Assembly (NCBI GenBank): GCA_026625185.1
Contig: CP113000.1
Span: forward strand, 1,635,622 to 1,667,621
Reading direction: 5' to 3'
DNA length: 32,000 nucleotides
DNA from: Thermodesulfobacteriota bacterium
GTDB lineage: Bacteria; Desulfobacterota; WTBG01; JAGOGO01
Part shown: positions 16,462 to 25,158 of the stretch, in pieces
How positions within the stretch are numbered: position 1 is the stretch's first letter
How the letters are laid out: every line of letters begins with the position of its first letter
Translations under genes and position numbers: made by a program
The notes under the pieces: generated by a model
Databases searched by the model: none
Told to the model about the DNA's origin: nothing
Seen by the model: only the letters and a program-made list of their open reading frames with translations

Positions 16462-17088
16462 ATGGAGAAAAGATTTTGCTTTCCGGTAGGATGCATTATG
16501 TTAGGTGTTTGGGTTTTGCTCCTCAGTGGATGTGGCCACACGCAACCGTCCCGATTCTATCTTTTGCAATCCATACCGGGCATGGAGAAGGACAAGCACG
16601 CTGCTACCAACGGACAGAGCCTTACGATCTGTGTGGGTCCGGTCATGATCCCCAAATACCTTGATCGTCCTCAAATCGTAACCACGACAAAGACAAGCGA
16701 GCTTAAGCTGGCTGAGTTTGACCGGTGGGCAGAGCCATTCAAGGACAACTTTTCTCGTGTTCTGACGGAAAATCTCTCGGAGGCCTTGGAGACGGATCGG
16801 GTCGCTGTCTTTCCCCGGGAAAGCGCTGCATCTTCTGATTATCAGATAATAGTAACGGTTATCCGTTTTGATGGTGAGTCCGGGGGCAATGCGGTTTTAA
16901 GTGCCCGCTGGAGTATTTATGGAGAGGGTGGGAAGAAAGAACTTTTTTCGAAAAAATCGGATCTCAGCGAGCCAGCAGGGGTGCAAGGGTATGAAGCATT
17001 GGTGTCTGCCCAGAGCCGGATGATTGCGGGATTGAGCAAGGAAATCGCGGGAGCGATAAAAGCACTTGGGCAAGGCAAGACTCCTTAA
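16462..17088 (+). CDS. PqiC/DUF330-like ABC-transport auxiliary lipoprotein
   Basis: 208 aa with lipobox LLSGC. The conserved DRPQIV...FDRWAEP core is paralogous to the pqiC product at 5226-5822. A GGAGGAAAG SD precedes the start, which lies 1 nt after the MCE gene stop. Confidence 0.8.
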   Translation: MEKRFCFPVGCIMLGVWVLLLSGCGHTQPSRFYLLQSIPGMEKDKHAATNGQSLTICVGPVMIPKYLDRPQIVTTTKTSELKLAEFDRWAEPFKDNFSRVLTENLSEALETDRVAVFPRESAASSDYQIIVTVIRFDGESGGNAVLSARWSIYGEGGKKELFSKKSDLSEPAGVQGYEALVSAQSRMIAGLSKEIAGAIKALGQGKTP

Positions 17089-17246
17089 CGATCAAACGAA
17101 CAACCGGCCCAGGGATGATTTTACGGAAACCAAAAACAATCTGGCTCGGAAGACCGATATATCGTGATCAGGTATAAGAAGTAGCGAACGGATTGCGGAT
17201 TGAAGAGATGTTCATAAAAAAGCGAGGTTAAGAGAGAAAATAATCA

Positions 17247-17480
17247 ATGACTTTTCGAAGAGGCTTTGCTGCAATTTCATTTTGGCTTGCGTTACCTTTT
17301 GGAATAGCCGGTGGTATTTTCATGGCAATTAAGGCAAGGAACCCCTTTGTGTTTATTCTGGGCTTTATGGTTGGTCTGGTCTTTATTATGGCGGTCTATG
17401 TTTTAATTGCCCTTATCCTGGCGCCCGCGGTTAAGATCTTTTGTGAAAAATTCAAAAGAAAAAAAGAACAAAACACTTAA
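17247..17480 (+). CDS. Hypothetical small two-TM membrane protein (77 aa)
   Basis: The ORF has two hydrophobic helices and a Lys-rich tail. I recognise no family, and the RBS is weak. Confidence 0.35.
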   Translation: MTFRRGFAAISFWLALPFGIAGGIFMAIKARNPFVFILGFMVGLVFIMAVYVLIALILAPAVKIFCEKFKRKKEQNT

Positions 17481-17676
17481 GGGATTTAATACGTCTGTGA
17501 ACCTTTTCCCCCCTATCCCTGTTATTTAAAGTTTTTGCGTAATATCGCACCTGTCCTTAAAATTCTACGAAATATCAAAGGTATTTTCCTGATACAACTT
17601 CCCTTCTGCCTATTATAATCATGATAACTATTTAATATTGAGGTGTTATTTTTGCACGATTAATTATCAAGGTTCA

Positions 17677-17692
17677 CGGCACAAAATTTGTA
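17677..17692 (+). promoter_or_regulatory. Weak sigma54 -24/-12 candidate upstream of the aor-eut-ech block
   Basis: CGGCACaaaatTTGTA has GGCAC and TTG at the correct 12-nt register, with three deviations from consensus. An alternative with the same register lies at 17641-17656 (AGGTGTtatttTTGCA). Confidence 0.25.
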
Positions 17693-17864
17693 TTGTCTTA
17701 TTAAACTGCGATTAATATGAGGGTTCTCTTTCAAATGTCATTCCTACATAAGCAGAAATCCAGAACCAAACGAAGTTAAGAGACTCCCACCTTCGAGGGT
17801 GTGAGAGAATGGAAATTGATTAGAGGTACCAATGAATTAATGAATGAAAGGAAATGGTGATATT

Positions 17865-19592
17865 ATGCCCGATAAAATTTATCGTATTAATATGACCGAT
17901 TTGAAGGTTACGAATGAAGAAGTACCGGAACAATGGAAAGGGCTGGGGGGCAGGGGTTTGACTTCCACAATTGTGGCTCAGGAAGTAAAGCCCACCTGTC
18001 ATCCTTTGGGAAAGTACAATAAGCTGATAATTGCACCGGGGTTGCTAACCGGAACAGCGGCGGTCAACTCTGGGAGGCTTTCGGCTGGTGCTAAAAGTCC
18101 GCTGACCGGGACAATCAAAGAAAGTAATGCTGGTGGAACTGCTGCCCAGTTTTTTGCCCGATTGGGCATTAAGGCACTTATTATTGAAGGTCTGCCCCAG
18201 AAAGACACCTTTTACAGCCTTCATGTGGATAAGAGCGGAGTTACGATTCAGGAAGACACGGAATTCGCAGGCAAAGGGAATTATGAAGTAATGCAAATGG
18301 TTCAAAAAAAGTACGGAGAAAAGATTGGTATACTATCCATCGGACCGGCAGGGGAAATGCGGATGGCCGCAGCCAATATTTCGGTGAAGGATCCTGATGG
18401 AACTATTCGCAGCCTGGGGCGGGGAGGACTGGGGGCGGTCATGGGTTCAAAAAAGATAAAGTTCATTACCATTGATGATACGGATGGCCCCGGTGTCCAG
18501 ATTGCTGATCCGGAAAAATTCAAAACCGCTTCCCGCACGTTTGCCAAGGGGGTTATTGCCCATCCGGTGAGCGGCGAATCACTCAAGCTTTACGGCACCG
18601 ATGTGCTGGTAAACATCTTAAACGAAGCCGGCGGCCTGCCAACGGAAAATTTCCGCTATGGTCAATTCCCTGGTCATGAAAAAATAAGCGGTGAAACGGT
18701 ATATGAGACGATCCTGAGCCGGAAAGGCAACCCAAGCCATATCTGCCATCGGGGATGTGTCATCAGATGTTCTCAGGTTTACAATGATAAAAATGGCAAT
18801 TATGTTACTTCGGGCTTTGAATATGAAACGATCTGGGGCTTTGGCGCCAACTGCAATATAGATGACCTGGATATCATCGCGGAAGCTGATCATGTTATGG
18901 ACGATGTCGGGGTTGACTCAATAGAAACCGGGGTGGCGATGGGCGTTGCCATGGAAGCCGGGATCATTCCCTTTGGCGACGGGGCCGGAGTTCTGAGGTT
19001 GTTGAAAGAAATCGGCACTGGTACTCCCCTGGGCAGAATTCTCGGCTCCGGGGCTGAAGGAGTCGGGAAAACATATGGTATCACCAGAGTACCGGTGGTG
19101 AAGGGCCAGGGGCTTTCCGCCTATGACCCGCGATCAATAAAAGGTATGGGCATTACCTATGCGACGTCAACCATGGGCAGTGATCATACCGCCGGTTACT
19201 GTGTTCCGGTAAACATCCTGAACGTTGGGGGTTTTGTTGATCCTCTGAAAAAGGAAGGGCAGGTAGAGCTCTCAAGAAGGCTGCAGATAGGTACTGCATT
19301 ATTGGATAGCACTGGTCTTTGTCTCTTCGTTGCCTTTTCTGTCTTAGACAATCTGGACTTATTTCAAGCTATGATGGACATGATAAATGCCAAATATGGT
19401 CTCAGCATGACGATCGATAATGGAAGAGCACTGGGTAGAAAAATCCTTCGCACCGAGCATGAATTCAATTTGGCTGCAGGGTTCACCAACAAGGATGACC
19501 GGCTCCCGGAATTTTTCGAGGAACCGGTGCCCCCGCACAATGCGGTGTGGGATTTCACTGACGAAGAGATTGATTCATTCTGGAATTTCTGA
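17865..19592 (+). CDS. aor: Aldehyde:ferredoxin oxidoreductase family (tungsto/molybdo-pterin, [4Fe-4S]) enzyme
   Basis: ~575 aa from MPDKIYRINM. It aligns by eye along its whole length with P. furiosus AOR: GGRGL, KLIIAPGLLTG, KSPLTG, SIGPAGE, GRGGLGAVMGSKKIK, a cysteine cluster ICHRGCVIRC, EYETIWGFGANC, DSTGLCLF. Confidence 0.9.
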   Translation: MPDKIYRINMTDLKVTNEEVPEQWKGLGGRGLTSTIVAQEVKPTCHPLGKYNKLIIAPGLLTGTAAVNSGRLSAGAKSPLTGTIKESNAGGTAAQFFARLGIKALIIEGLPQKDTFYSLHVDKSGVTIQEDTEFAGKGNYEVMQMVQKKYGEKIGILSIGPAGEMRMAAANISVKDPDGTIRSLGRGGLGAVMGSKKIKFITIDDTDGPGVQIADPEKFKTASRTFAKGVIAHPVSGESLKLYGTDVLVNILNEAGGLPTENFRYGQFPGHEKISGETVYETILSRKGNPSHICHRGCVIRCSQVYNDKNGNYVTSGFEYETIWGFGANCNIDDLDIIAEADHVMDDVGVDSIETGVAMGVAMEAGIIPFGDGAGVLRLLKEIGTGTPLGRILGSGAEGVGKTYGITRVPVVKGQGLSAYDPRSIKGMGITYATSTMGSDHTAGYCVPVNILNVGGFVDPLKKEGQVELSRRLQIGTALLDSTGLCLFVAFSVLDNLDLFQAMMDMINAKYGLSMTIDNGRALGRKILRTEHEFNLAAGFTNKDDRLPEFFEEPVPPHNAVWDFTDEEIDSFWNF

Positions 19593-19632
19593 GAAACGTT
19601 TTGGCAGTTCAATTTTCGGAAACAGGTTATTC

Positions 19633-19851
19633 ATGAAGGTTAAATTATTTGCAGCATTCCGTGACGGAAGATTTAAAGAAAAAGAGTGGGGCTATTTTGA
19701 CGGTATTACCGTGGGATCTATTCTGGAAGCGCTCAATATTAATAAGAAGGAAGCGGGGGTATTATTAGTTAACTCCCGCCATGCAGAAACAAATTATAGA
19801 CTGGGAAAAGGGGATACCCTTTCTCTTTTTCCGGTCATCGGGGGTGGATAG
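19633..19851 (+). CDS. MoaD/ThiS-family beta-grasp sulfur-carrier-like protein ending in Gly-Gly
   Basis: This 72-aa ORF is hidden inside track ORF 19420..19851: MKVKLFAAFRDGRFKEKEWGYFDGITVGSILEALNINKKEAGVLLVNSRHAETNYRLGKGDTLSLFPVIGGG. Its size and the LFPVIGGG terminus are typical of the family. Confidence 0.7.
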   Translation: MKVKLFAAFRDGRFKEKEWGYFDGITVGSILEALNINKKEAGVLLVNSRHAETNYRLGKGDTLSLFPVIGGG

Positions 19852-19928
19852 AAAGAAATTAGTTATCTGAAATAATAAAGTCTTAAGAATGAAGGTTCTT
19901 TAATAACTTTCAGCTCAACGAGGAAGCG

Positions 19929-22250
19929 ATGAAAAAAGGATTGTCAAAGATACTAATGCTTAGTGTTGTGTGTTTTGGGGTCTTCTACTTGTGCGCAAAC
20001 AGCTTTGCAATTACGATTAATGAGGTAAAACCAGGAGAAGATGTCTTCGCATATATCACCAGAGTCAAAAGGGGCTTTAATCAGACCCTTTATCAGCAGG
20101 TGATCGGTGCTTCCAATGCTTTCAAAGAAGGCGATGAAACTATTGGGGTGGCGGCCGATGATGAATCGACCCGGCAACATGCCCGGACGCTTTTGGCAAA
20201 CACGAAGATCAAAGACCTCTATGAGCACCCTCTCCTTGCCGACGACCTGCAGAAGCTGATCTGGCAAACCACCGATCAGGCCCAGTACAAGAAGGTTAAA
20301 GACTGGACCATGGGACAGCTGAAAGAATTTCTTTTAACCAAACCTGAGGCAGAGATCAAGGGCATCATGCATGGCTTGACCAGTGATGCGATTGGGTGTG
20401 TCCCCAAGCTGATGAGCAATGAAGAGTTAATCGCCATTGATCAAAAGATATTCAACCCCTTGCCGGGAACCAAGATGGGGGCAAAAGGGTACTTGAGTGC
20501 CCGCATACAGCCCAATTCGCCCACTGACAACCCCGATGATATTGTCTGGGAGGTGTTTGACGCGTTTTCCTATGCCACTGGCGATATCGTTATCGGAACC
20601 AACCCGGTGGACAGTCAGGTAGAGAGTGTAGCCACCGTGGAGAAAGCGCTCAAGGATGTGGTCGATACTTTCAAGCTTCAGGAGGTCGTTCCCTGGTGTG
20701 TGCTTTCCCATATCGATGTCCAGGCAGAGGTTAGTAAGAAGTATCCGGGAACGGTTGAGACCATGTTCCAGAGCCTCGCCGGAACAGATGATTGCAACAA
20801 GACCTTTGATGTCACGGTTGAGAAGATAATGAATTATGCAAAATCCAAGAAAGGAGAGAGATACGGGCTCTACTTTGAGACCGGTCAGGGCTCTGAATTT
20901 ACCAACGGCGCGGCCAAAGGGGCTGACATGATGGTGCTGGAATCCCGGAAGTACGGCTTTAGCCGGGCGGCACAGATGGAACTGGCTAAAGTCCAGCCTC
21001 AAGGGGCGTGGCTCCACGTCAATGATGTGGCCGGATTCATCGGGCCCGAGGTCTTCAGGACCCGCGAGCAACTTGTGAGATGCTGCCTGGAAGATATCGC
21101 CATGGGTAAACTCCACGGATTAACCATTGGTCTTGATATTTGTTCAACCCTGCACATGACCGTCAGCCTCGATGATCTCAATTGGTGCCAGGACCAGATC
21201 ATGCCGGCCAACCCTGCTTACTTGATGAGCCTGCCCACCAAGAATGACCCCATGTTGAGCTATCTGACCACGTCGTTTCAGGATCATGTCCGCCTGAGGG
21301 AAAAATTCGGCCTTAAAGTGAACGATCCCATGTGGGCTTTCTATAAGCTGATCGGGATTGTGGACAAGAACAACAAGTACACGAAGAATTTTGGCGATCC
21401 AATCTGGGTGTACTACCAGTACCGGCTGGCCAAGGGGGACAAGCGTTCCAAAGAAGCAATTTATGCTGAAGGAAAGAAGAAGATCAAGGAAGTTGAGGCG
21501 AGAGGCGTTGATCTGGCAATCGGTCACGGCAAGGATTTATGGGATCTCAATCCGCAACTGGCGGCCAAGGTAAAAACCTACTACGACGATGCCAAGATAT
21601 CCCTCTGGGCCGAGCTTACTCCTGCCTTTATCAAGACAATCCCCAATGCCCTGCAGGTCAGCACCCTGTCCAAGGATCGGGAGGACTATATCCTCCATCC
21701 GGCCAGCGGCGAGAAACTGAGCCCGGAATCCGTCTCTGCCCTTGAAAAGCTCAGGGACTCATGGGCAGGAATGGAGCCGAATGCGCAGATCGTGATTTCC
21801 GATGGCCTGAACGCCAAGGCCATTATGGATGATGGGCATCTTGCACCTTACCTGGAAGAAATCCGGATGCTGCTGACCAGTGCCGAAGCTGTTGGGAGCG
21901 GAAAGACCGCTATTGTGAGCGAAAAGAACATCGTCTTCACCAGCGGCAGGGTACGGGCCGGGTATGAGATCGGCTGCATGCTCTTTGGGAAATCAGATCC
22001 GAAAAAGCTGAAGGGGATTATTCACATCATCGGGGAGCGGCCGGGGACCATGCACCATTCCTATTCGGTGTATATCACCGTTGCCAAAGGAGAGGCATGG
22101 GCTCAAAAGAAGATTGATCACGATATTACGAAACTCGTATGCAACATAGCAGATACAGCCTTACCTCCGAAAGAAGCGGCCAAGGAGACCCTCACCATAA
22201 TAAGGGAAATGGTTGCGAAGCAGGCTCCTTCCAGCCGAAGCTCCCAGTGA
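19929..22250 (+). CDS. eutBC: Fused ethanolamine ammonia-lyase, EutB (heavy) plus EutC (light) in one 773-aa polypeptide, with a Sec-like N-terminal hydrophobic segment
   Basis: Residues ~45-505 align by eye with E. coli EutB (GVAADDES..AR..LANTKIKDL; GDIVIGTNPVD; LYFETGQGSEF; VNDVAGFIGPEV; LEDIAMGKLHGLTIGLD). Residues ~545-765 align with EutC (QIVISDGLNAKAI; GRVRAGYEIG; IIGERPGT; LVCNIADTALPPKEAA). The N-terminus is MKKGLSKILMLSVVCFGVFYLCANSFA. A GAGGAA SD precedes the start. Confidence 0.9.
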   Translation: MKKGLSKILMLSVVCFGVFYLCANSFAITINEVKPGEDVFAYITRVKRGFNQTLYQQVIGASNAFKEGDETIGVAADDESTRQHARTLLANTKIKDLYEHPLLADDLQKLIWQTTDQAQYKKVKDWTMGQLKEFLLTKPEAEIKGIMHGLTSDAIGCVPKLMSNEELIAIDQKIFNPLPGTKMGAKGYLSARIQPNSPTDNPDDIVWEVFDAFSYATGDIVIGTNPVDSQVESVATVEKALKDVVDTFKLQEVVPWCVLSHIDVQAEVSKKYPGTVETMFQSLAGTDDCNKTFDVTVEKIMNYAKSKKGERYGLYFETGQGSEFTNGAAKGADMMVLESRKYGFSRAAQMELAKVQPQGAWLHVNDVAGFIGPEVFRTREQLVRCCLEDIAMGKLHGLTIGLDICSTLHMTVSLDDLNWCQDQIMPANPAYLMSLPTKNDPMLSYLTTSFQDHVRLREKFGLKVNDPMWAFYKLIGIVDKNNKYTKNFGDPIWVYYQYRLAKGDKRSKEAIYAEGKKKIKEVEARGVDLAIGHGKDLWDLNPQLAAKVKTYYDDAKISLWAELTPAFIKTIPNALQVSTLSKDREDYILHPASGEKLSPESVSALEKLRDSWAGMEPNAQIVISDGLNAKAIMDDGHLAPYLEEIRMLLTSAEAVGSGKTAIVSEKNIVFTSGRVRAGYEIGCMLFGKSDPKKLKGIIHIIGERPGTMHHSYSVYITVAKGEAWAQKKIDHDITKLVCNIADTALPPKEAAKETLTIIREMVAKQAPSSRSSQ

Positions 22251-22366
22251 GGAGAGCATGTGTTATCGGGTTAAGAAAATGATAGTGATTCTCAATTAAG
22301 CTAAATTGCTTACTATGGACACTAAAAATAGGGATCGAATTATAGGTCAGGTGAGAGGATCTTAAA

Positions 22367-24262
22367 GTGAATGTTTTAATTTTTCTGATAGTGTTTCCGC
22401 TGGTTATCTCAGTGTTGGCGTTAGCACTCCCGCGTGGTCTTCTTATCAAAAGGATTATTGGGGTGATCGCCAATGTAGTTCTGTGTGCGGTACCAATCTA
22501 TCTTCTGGTCACGTATCTTGATAAGGGTCCTGCCTATTTCCACCTTGAGAGCCATCTGATCAATAATTCCATGCTTGTGGTGGAAATTCTCATCGCAGCC
22601 TATATAATTTATATTTCCATCCGGGCAAAAAGATACCTTCCCGTGCTGCTTGTTTTTCTACAATCAGTGATTATGCTTAGTTTCGAGTTTACCTCCGGTA
22701 GGGGGATGCAGATTGAGCACAGCCTGTTCGTGGATAAGTTCTCCATCATCATGGCTTTGATCGTGGGTTGTATCGGAAGCGCCATCTGTCTTTACGCAAT
22801 CGGATATATCCCGGAATATCACGAACACTACAAGGAGGTGAAAGCAAGGCCCAGGTATTTCTTTTTCCTCATGTACCTCTTCCTGTCCGCCATGTTTGGC
22901 ATCGTTTTCTCCAATAACCTCATGTGGATCTATTTCTTCTGGGAAATTACCACGCTCTGTTCATTTTTGCTGATCGGCTATAAAAACGACCAGGCATCCC
23001 AGGAGAGCGCATTCAGAGCACTCATCATGAATCTACTGGGAGGAGTTGTTTTCGCGGTCGGCCTTGTCTACCTGTACCATTCCTCCCAAGTCATGGAATT
23101 AAATAAATTGATTCAGCTCGATAAGGGCTACGTATTAATTCCGGCCGTGTGCATTGCCTTTGCCGGCCTGGTAAAATCAGCCCAATTCCCGTTTTCCTCC
23201 TGGCTGACGGGCGCCATGGTGGCACCGACACCAGTGTCAGCGTTGCTGCATTCGAGCACGATGGTAAAAGCGGGGGTCTATATCATCCTGAGAGTGGCCC
23301 CGGTGTTAGAGAACACTGTAGCAGCAAAAATGCTCATGCTCATCGGCGGGGTCAGTTTTCTGATTACCGCTTTCATTGCCATTTCTCAGAGCAATGCCAA
23401 AAAGGTGCTCGCCTACTCGACCATTTCCAACCTTGGGTTGATCGTCGCCTGTGCAGGAATTAATACCTATTCGGCAGTATGGGCAGCGATTCTGCTGATT
23501 ATTTTTCATGCGGTAGCAAAGTCGCTCCTCTTTCTCTGTGTGGGGATTATCGAGTACAAGCTTGGCAGCCGTGATATAGAGGATATGGACTATCTGATCA
23601 TGCGAATGCCCAAGCTCACCGCAATCATGATGACCGGCATGGCCGGGATGTTTCTTGCTCCTTTTGGCATGATCATAGGCAAGCTCGCCACGCTGAAAGC
23701 ATTTGTCGATTCCAATCCGGGGATGGCAATAATTTTAGCCTATGGAAGCGGGGCCACGGTCTTTTTCTGGATTAAATGGATGGGCAAAATTATTTCCATT
23801 AAACATGGCGTCTTTAAGGTCATGGAAGACCGGGTCAGCCGCTGGGAATGGATTACCCTGGGCATATTGGCCATTTCGACGGTGGCGGCATGCATTGGGT
23901 TTCCTCTCATCGCATTCCGCCTGGTGGACCCCTTTATCCTGGAGGTCTTTGGAAAAACCGTTATCGTTGATCCATTTAGTGTCTATATGATTCTCCTCAT
24001 GATGGTTGGCCTGTTAATCCTTCTTCCCCTTGGTCTTTTTTTCTTTGGATTCGTCAATAAAGGATATAAGAGGGTCGGAACCTATCTTGGCGGCGCCAAT
24101 ATTGACGATGTCACTTTTGAAGGGGCCATGGAATCTTCCCAGACAATTGAGCTCAAGAATTACTATCTGGAAAAATTCTTTGGAGAAAACGTTTTATTCA
24201 ATGCCGGGGTTTTTATTTCGTTAATATTGTTGGTCATCATGTTTGGAGTTGCAATCATATGA
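22367..24262 (+). CDS. echA: Ech hydrogenase subunit A (antiporter-like, NuoL/M/N-related membrane subunit)
   Basis: 631 aa, polytopic, with a GTG start and AGAGGA SD. It carries the antiporter-like pattern WEITTLCSFLLIGY, SAQFPFSSWL..AMVAPTPVSALLHSSTMVKAGVY. Confidence 0.85.
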   Translation: MNVLIFLIVFPLVISVLALALPRGLLIKRIIGVIANVVLCAVPIYLLVTYLDKGPAYFHLESHLINNSMLVVEILIAAYIIYISIRAKRYLPVLLVFLQSVIMLSFEFTSGRGMQIEHSLFVDKFSIIMALIVGCIGSAICLYAIGYIPEYHEHYKEVKARPRYFFFLMYLFLSAMFGIVFSNNLMWIYFFWEITTLCSFLLIGYKNDQASQESAFRALIMNLLGGVVFAVGLVYLYHSSQVMELNKLIQLDKGYVLIPAVCIAFAGLVKSAQFPFSSWLTGAMVAPTPVSALLHSSTMVKAGVYIILRVAPVLENTVAAKMLMLIGGVSFLITAFIAISQSNAKKVLAYSTISNLGLIVACAGINTYSAVWAAILLIIFHAVAKSLLFLCVGIIEYKLGSRDIEDMDYLIMRMPKLTAIMMTGMAGMFLAPFGMIIGKLATLKAFVDSNPGMAIILAYGSGATVFFWIKWMGKIISIKHGVFKVMEDRVSRWEWITLGILAISTVAACIGFPLIAFRLVDPFILEVFGKTVIVDPFSVYMILLMMVGLLILLPLGLFFFGFVNKGYKRVGTYLGGANIDDVTFEGAMESSQTIELKNYYLEKFFGENVLFNAGVFISLILLVIMFGVAII

Positions 24263-25140
24263 ACAGTATTTCTGAGATCATCCAATCCTGGAGTATCATT
24301 GAAAGGATGCTGGCCTTTTTCCTGCTTGCGCCCATTGCGGGTGGCGTACTGGCCGGTATTGACCGGAAATTGAGCGCACGGTTGCAGGGCAGATATGGCC
24401 CCCCGGTGAGGCAGCCTTTTTTTGATGTTCTAAAACTTTTCCAAAAAGAGCGGATCCTCGTTAACAAATTTCAGAACTTTCCGATAGTGCTCTTTTTTCT
24501 GTTTACGGTTTTTTCCGGCGCTCTTTTCTTTTCCGGTGCGAGTATCCTTTTGGCAATCTTCAGTTTAGCCCTGGCCGGAACTTTTTTTATCCTGGGTGGA
24601 TTTTCGGTCAGTTCCCCGTATAGCCACCTTGGCGCTGAGCGCGAATTGATTCAGATGATGTCATACGAACCCATGGTCATTCTTGTGGCGGTCGGCATGT
24701 ACCAGGTGACGGGAAGCTTTACGGTTGCGGACATTGTCCAACACCAGGCGTCGCTGATTCTTTACCTTCCCGGGGTGTTCGCGGGCTTTGTTTATATCCT
24801 CACCATTAAGTTCCGAAAATCTCCTTTTGACCTTTCCATGTCTCATCATGCGCACCAGGAACTGGTGAGGGGGATCACTACCGAATTTTCCGGTCCTGCC
24901 CTGGGCCTCATAGAGATTACTCATTGGTATGAAAATGTGCTTCTCTTGGGCATGGTATACCTCTTTTTTGCCTTTAATCCCTGGCTGGCCATCGTTGCGT
25001 CACTGGGAACGTATTTGTTTGAAATTATTATTGATATGAATTATGCCCGATTTAAGTGGCAGCTTACGTTCTGGAGTTCATGGTTGTTTACGGCTGTGGC
25101 CGGGGTTTCAAATATTATTGTGCTTTGTTTTTTGAAATGA
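24259..25140 (+). CDS. echB: Ech hydrogenase subunit B (NuoH-like membrane subunit)
   Basis: 293 aa. The start overlaps the echA stop (ATGA). It shows the NuoH/HycD-like pattern R.L.ARLQGRYGPP..QPF.D..KL..KE. Confidence 0.85.
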   Translation: MNSISEIIQSWSIIERMLAFFLLAPIAGGVLAGIDRKLSARLQGRYGPPVRQPFFDVLKLFQKERILVNKFQNFPIVLFFLFTVFSGALFFSGASILLAIFSLALAGTFFILGGFSVSSPYSHLGAERELIQMMSYEPMVILVAVGMYQVTGSFTVADIVQHQASLILYLPGVFAGFVYILTIKFRKSPFDLSMSHHAHQELVRGITTEFSGPALGLIEITHWYENVLLLGMVYLFFAFNPWLAIVASLGTYLFEIIIDMNYARFKWQLTFWSSWLFTAVAGVSNIIVLCFLK

Positions 25141-25158
25141 CTTGGGAGAACAAAAAAC

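Noticed and set aside
17700-17864. Possible Moco/Tuco riboswitch in the ~160-nt leader of the tungsten-enzyme (aor) gene
   Set aside because: The context is attractive, and there is a small hairpin (CACC-ttcgag-GGTG near 17789-17802). I could not recognise the conserved Moco-motif core or its multi-stem architecture by eye. An Infernal scan with RF01055 would settle it.
20427-21527. Minus-strand ORFs inside eutBC (229 aa and 127 aa)
   Set aside because: They are antisense to a gene with unambiguous EutB similarity. No independent support exists.
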